From assembly GCA_963663855.1 (NCBI GenBank), contig OY760646.1:1076257-1140256 (forward strand): a DNA stretch of 64,000 bases, read 5' to 3'. A program made the translations under genes and the position numbers. Below, one piece after another: positions 60,833 to 64,000 of the stretch. Below the pieces are notes generated by a model. It was not told the origin of the DNA. It did not search any database and saw only the letters and a list, made by a program, of their open reading frames with translations. Source of the stretch: Methanomassiliicoccaceae archaeon (GTDB lineage Archaea; Thermoplasmatota; Thermoplasmata; Methanomassiliicoccales; Methanomassiliicoccaceae). Position 1 is the first letter of the stretch. The number at the start of each line of letters is the position of its first letter.

Positions 60833-62526
60833 GAGTGGGACCCCGCTATGTACATGACCCACGCCCCTCCGTTGTCATACACCCGGTAGTTGTACGGCGC
60901 CTGGTCGCGGTAGAAGTCGTACGCCGACATGATCCCCCACTGGCGGTACCACATCTCCGTGGTATCGTCGAACAGTATCGTCCCTCCGCCGTAGAAGGAG
61001 GCGATGTTGGCCACCGACATGTTGAACAGCGCGCTGATCTTGATGCGGTCGAAGCTCTCCCCGCCCTCGTCCCACACGTCCACGGGGTAGAAGCCACCGC
61101 CCACGATGGTGTGGGGCGCCTTCTCCGCCAGAAAGTCGGCCACCTCCACCGCGCGGTCGTTGTCGATGTACAGCGCCTCCTGGTAGAACATGGTGGAGGC
61201 GGAGGCGACCACCACCAGCGCCACCGCGAGGCCCAGGCCGGCGCGCACGACCTTCCGCCGGTTGGTCATGAGTATGGGCACGAAGATAATGGGCGCCACC
61301 AGCGCCAGGTACAGGATCCCCCGATCGTACAGCTGGCCGTTGAAGAACGCCATGTCCAGGGGTATGATCCCCAGCGGCAGCAGGAAGAGGGCGAGTATGT
61401 TGCGCGGGAAGTTCACGTGACGCTTGTCCCGGGACAGGAGGTACACCAGCAGCGCCAGCAGCGTGAGCAGCAGGAACACGCCCAGCAGTCCGGTCCGCAG
61501 CTGGGGGTACAGCGTCCCCAGGATGTTCTCGGAGGTCCCCCTCATGTTCCACTGCTCGGAGACGCTCTCCTGCACCTGCCCCAGCATGAACAGCCGGTCA
61601 GATATGAACTGCACCAGGTTAAGGGAGAAGGAGGACGCGCCGGTGAAGAACCAGCCGAGCCATATGAGGATGAACGCCCCCACCGGCCAGGGCCTCTCCC
61701 ACCGGGTCGGCCGGCGCAGCCCGATGGCGAAGTGCAGGAAGCGGTTCAGCACCTCCTTGAAGGCGATGGCCCCCAGCACGAAGATCAGGGTGGTGGGGTG
61801 GGATACCACGATGAAGGCGAACAGCAGCATGGCGGCGTACAGCCACTCCCGGCCCTCCCGCTCCAGGCATACGAAGATGAGCAGGCCGGCCACCATGCCC
61901 ATGGACTGCGGGGAGTAGTTGAACTGCAACCAGACGTTGGCGAAGGCCGCGAACAGGAACGCCAGGCGGTGGTCCATGCGAGGCACATAGGTGCGGGCGA
62001 AGAGGTAGATGGCCGCCACCGTGAGCGTGGCCACGAAGAGCGGGTAGAGCTTCAGGAACAGCATCGCCGGGGGGTCCCCCAGCAGCACGAAGGACGCCCC
62101 CAGCACGAAGAAGCCGGGGTAGTTGTACGCGTAGTTGTAGGTGGCGGTGTTGGGCACCAGGCCCTCGCGGACGATGGCCAGGGAGGCATCGTAGTGGATG
62201 TAGGAGTCCCACACCGTGGGGTACTTCTCGAACATGGCCGGTGCGCCCCACAGTGCCAGGAAGAGGAGGAGGGACTGCACGAAGAACACCGTCTCCGAGC
62301 CCATGCGCAGGCCCATGGCGAGGGAGACGACCATGAACAGTATTCCGATCCAGTAGCCCAGGGGCAGAATGCCGAACAGCCCGAACGGCGTTCCCAGGGG
62401 AACGTACTGCACCTGGTGCCCGAGGGAGGAGGCCAGGCATATGGCCATGCCTGCCAGGCTGAGCCCGTACAGGAACGAGGGCCGGATGCCCGGCTCCGTC
62501 CTGCTCACGACTTCCCTCCGAGGCAT
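60829..62526 (-). CDS. large polytopic membrane protein (about 12 TM + C-terminal soluble domain); probably a GT-C-type glycosyltransferase or polysaccharide polymerase/ligase
   Basis: 565 aa: a long run of TM helices, then a soluble Tyr/Asp-rich tail (YRVYDNGGAWVMYIAGSHS). It sits at the head of a glycosyltransferase operon. No WWDYG OST motif was seen, so AglB is unlikely. Confidence 0.45.
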   Translation of the reverse strand: MPRREVVSRTEPGIRPSFLYGLSLAGMAICLASSLGHQVQYVPLGTPFGLFGILPLGYWIGILFMVVSLAMGLRMGSETVFFVQSLLLFLALWGAPAMFEKYPTVWDSYIHYDASLAIVREGLVPNTATYNYAYNYPGFFVLGASFVLLGDPPAMLFLKLYPLFVATLTVAAIYLFARTYVPRMDHRLAFLFAAFANVWLQFNYSPQSMGMVAGLLIFVCLEREGREWLYAAMLLFAFIVVSHPTTLIFVLGAIAFKEVLNRFLHFAIGLRRPTRWERPWPVGAFILIWLGWFFTGASSFSLNLVQFISDRLFMLGQVQESVSEQWNMRGTSENILGTLYPQLRTGLLGVFLLLTLLALLVYLLSRDKRHVNFPRNILALFLLPLGIIPLDMAFFNGQLYDRGILYLALVAPIIFVPILMTNRRKVVRAGLGLAVALVVVASASTMFYQEALYIDNDRAVEVADFLAEKAPHTIVGGGFYPVDVWDEGGESFDRIKISALFNMSVANIASFYGGGTILFDDTTEMWYRQWGIMSAYDFYRDQAPYNYRVYDNGGAWVMYIAGSHS

Positions 62527-62651
62527 CTGGAGCTGGAGAATTTGACTGGCGATATATAGTTACCTACAGCGATATTAAAATCCAGCACCGGGGAGGAAAG
62601 GTTGAAATCGTCCAGTGGCGTACGGACGCACGCGGCAATTCGGCCGCCGCG

Positions 62652-63341
62652 ATGGGTGCGTTCATGTGGTTCCCCGGGCACCTAGCCTTCTCCCTGCTCA
62701 TTTGCCTGCCGTTCATCGTGTACCTTAGGCGAGAGCGGGCGTTGGCGCTTTCCTTCCTCGGTGTGTTCGCCCTGCTGCCGGACTACGCCCACGTGGGGGA
62801 CCTGCGCGGCCTCTCGCACTCCCTCATCGGCCTGGGGGCCACGCTCGCGATCGTGCTCTTCCTTCTGGCGGTGGCCTTCCGGCCCCGCCTCTCCCTCATT
62901 CTCCTGGGGGTGGTGGCGGCCTCCTCCCACCTCCTGGCGGACGGCTACATCGGCACCGTGACCCCGTTCTACCCCTGGGACACGACGTGGTACCAGGTCC
63001 ATGTCTTCAACAGCGCTTTCGATATCCGGACCGAGCTCGTCCTCTTCGCCCTCGCCGCCGTCATCGTCATCGCCATGAACCCCTTGGAGGCGGTGCGCTC
63101 CCTCCCCTCCTATAGTGATAACGAGAGGAAGGCGCTCCTCGTGACCTCGTCCCTGATGATCGCCATGTGCGGCCTGCAGGGAGCCTACTTCGTCATGACA
63201 TCACAGGCATCTGGGTGGGACATCTTCCGCTCCCTGCTGCTGCTCGCTTTCATCGTGAGCGGGGCGGTTTCATCCCTCTTTTTTATTAAAATATTGCTGA
63301 AAAAGGGCCAAAAAGAATCTATTATGATAGCAATAAAATGA
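62652..63341 (+). CDS. membrane-bound metal-dependent hydrolase, DUF457/YdjM-like
   Basis: N-terminus MWFPGHLAFSLLICLPF and HSLIG...HLLADGY histidine motifs on a 5-6-TM scaffold resemble DUF457. Confidence 0.45.
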   Translation: MGAFMWFPGHLAFSLLICLPFIVYLRRERALALSFLGVFALLPDYAHVGDLRGLSHSLIGLGATLAIVLFLLAVAFRPRLSLILLGVVAASSHLLADGYIGTVTPFYPWDTTWYQVHVFNSAFDIRTELVLFALAAVIVIAMNPLEAVRSLPSYSDNERKALLVTSSLMIAMCGLQGAYFVMTSQASGWDIFRSLLLLAFIVSGAVSSLFFIKILLKKGQKESIMIAIK

Positions 63342-63530
63342 ATGTCTGGCTCGCTTTCAAGAAACATTTAAATATATGCTATTCTAAATAAATTTTCAAG
63401 CCTAACAAGGACGATCGAAAGTAAATAAAAATGATAGAGGGGGACGGAAAGCTATGGCCAGTGTTGTCGTTGAGAACAGCCAGGGAGATATTAATACTCG
63501 GTTCAGTGTACACCCAGGAGTGTGGTTGTG

Positions 63531-64000
63531 ATGGCGAACAAGATAGTCGTCATGATACCCGCGTTGAACGAGGAACGCAGCATTGGGAAGGTCATCGATG
63601 ACATCCCGCGCCGGGAACTGATGCGCCGGGGTTTCGATGTTCGCGTCGTCGTGGTGGATGGGCAGTCGACCGATAGGACCCTGACCATCGCCCGTGAGAA
63701 GGGCGCCTACATCCTCGTGCAGAAGGGCCGGGGCAAGGGCATCGGTGTGAGACAGGCGCTGGCGCTGTGCGACCCCCGCGAGGTGGTCCCCAAGGTGCTC
63801 GCCCTCACCGGTGGGCTGTGCGCCAAGTTCTCCGATCTGGCATCCATGCTCGATGCCAAGTACCTCATCATGCTGGACGCCGACGGGACGTACCCTCCCC
63901 GGTACATACTGGACGTGGTCTCGACCCTGGAGAGCGGTGCCGACGTCGTCATGGGCTCCCGCTTCCTGGGCACCATCGCCGAGGGGGCCATGACCCCGCT
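63531..64000 (+). CDS. glycosyltransferase family 2 (dolichyl-phosphate hexose synthase-like), N-terminal part; continues beyond the window
   Basis: IVVMIPALNEERSIGKVIDDIP...VVVVDGQSTDRT...IMLDADGTYPP...VVMGSRF is the DPM1/AglJ-type GT2 N-terminal pattern. ATG at 63531. Confidence 0.75.
   Translation, partial: MANKIVVMIPALNEERSIGKVIDDIPRRELMRRGFDVRVVVVDGQSTDRTLTIAREKGAYILVQKGRGKGIGVRQALALCDPREVVPKVLALTGGLCAKFSDLASMLDAKYLIMLDADGTYPPRYILDVVSTLESGADVVMGSRFLGTIAEGAMTP

Noticed and set aside
1-64000. Scan for CRISPR arrays, tRNAs, rRNA, IS elements, integrases and toxin-antitoxin pairs.
   Set aside because: No regularly spaced direct repeats, no cloverleaf-compatible GTTCGAATC-type T-arms, and no transposase, integrase or recombinase-like ORFs were seen. 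The only conspicuous repeats are intragenic coding repeats of the surface proteins.

Overview
The window is a 64 kb high-GC (roughly 60-65% by eye) chromosomal segment that looks archaeal, probably from a Thermoplasmata/Methanomassiliicoccales-like euryarchaeon; that taxon call is inference only. Archaeal markers are glycerol-1-phosphate dehydrogenase (EgsA), an HdrA/MvhD-type iron-sulfur protein, a DUF1616 membrane protein, TATA-like boxes about 25-30 nt upstream of start codons, and surface proteins anchored by a C-terminal TM helix plus a basic tail.

Coding density is high. Long ORFs antisense to real genes are abundant, as expected at this GC, and are treated as spurious.

Gene content, start to end:
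- 1-3530: a sugar-modification cluster (WecB partial, polysaccharide deacetylase, ATP-grasp ligase, PHP phosphoesterase).
- 3552-7090: a SHOCT membrane protein, Mrp/NBP35, a GTG-start multi-pass membrane protein (5074..6036), a NifX/NafY-like small protein and OsmC.
- 7646-9880: a Usp-DUF485 fusion followed by an ActP-type sodium:solute symporter.
- 10100-11629: a surface protein built from Ig-like repeats.
- 11752-21955, all on the minus strand: PspA, a lipobox-TPM-TM-coiled-coil protein, a DUF5320-like small protein, a kinase-less KdpD sensor domain, an in-frame KdpC::KdpA fusion, and KdpB.
- 22292-23440: a stand-alone HdrA-C-terminal/ferredoxin/MvhD iron-sulfur protein.
- 23664-29660: sensor histidine kinases, a small unknown ORF, and a desulfoferrodoxin gene that carries a frameshift before its essential C-terminal metal ligands.
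- 29848-37920: an RmlD-like reductase, a flotillin, an MFS transporter, a Zn-ribbon + HisA/HisF-like protein, and a DUF4430-PQQ surface protein.
- 38296-45573: a 2425-aa beta-helix/Ig surface protein with internal near-identical DNA repeats.
- 45693-53386: PrsW protease, a histidine kinase-REC-methyltransferase-Isf operon, EgsA, a UPF0179-like protein and PurC.
- 53511-64000: a glycosyltransferase-rich glycosylation locus with CPBP protease and DUF1616 genes embedded.

No tRNA, rRNA, CRISPR array or obvious mobile element was seen.

The most interesting candidates are the PspA/TPM/DUF5320 envelope module, the unusual Kdp architecture, the frameshifted desulfoferrodoxin, the Usp-DUF485 fusion and the giant repeat-built surface protein. 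All family calls come from reading motifs in the six-frame translations; none is database-verified.
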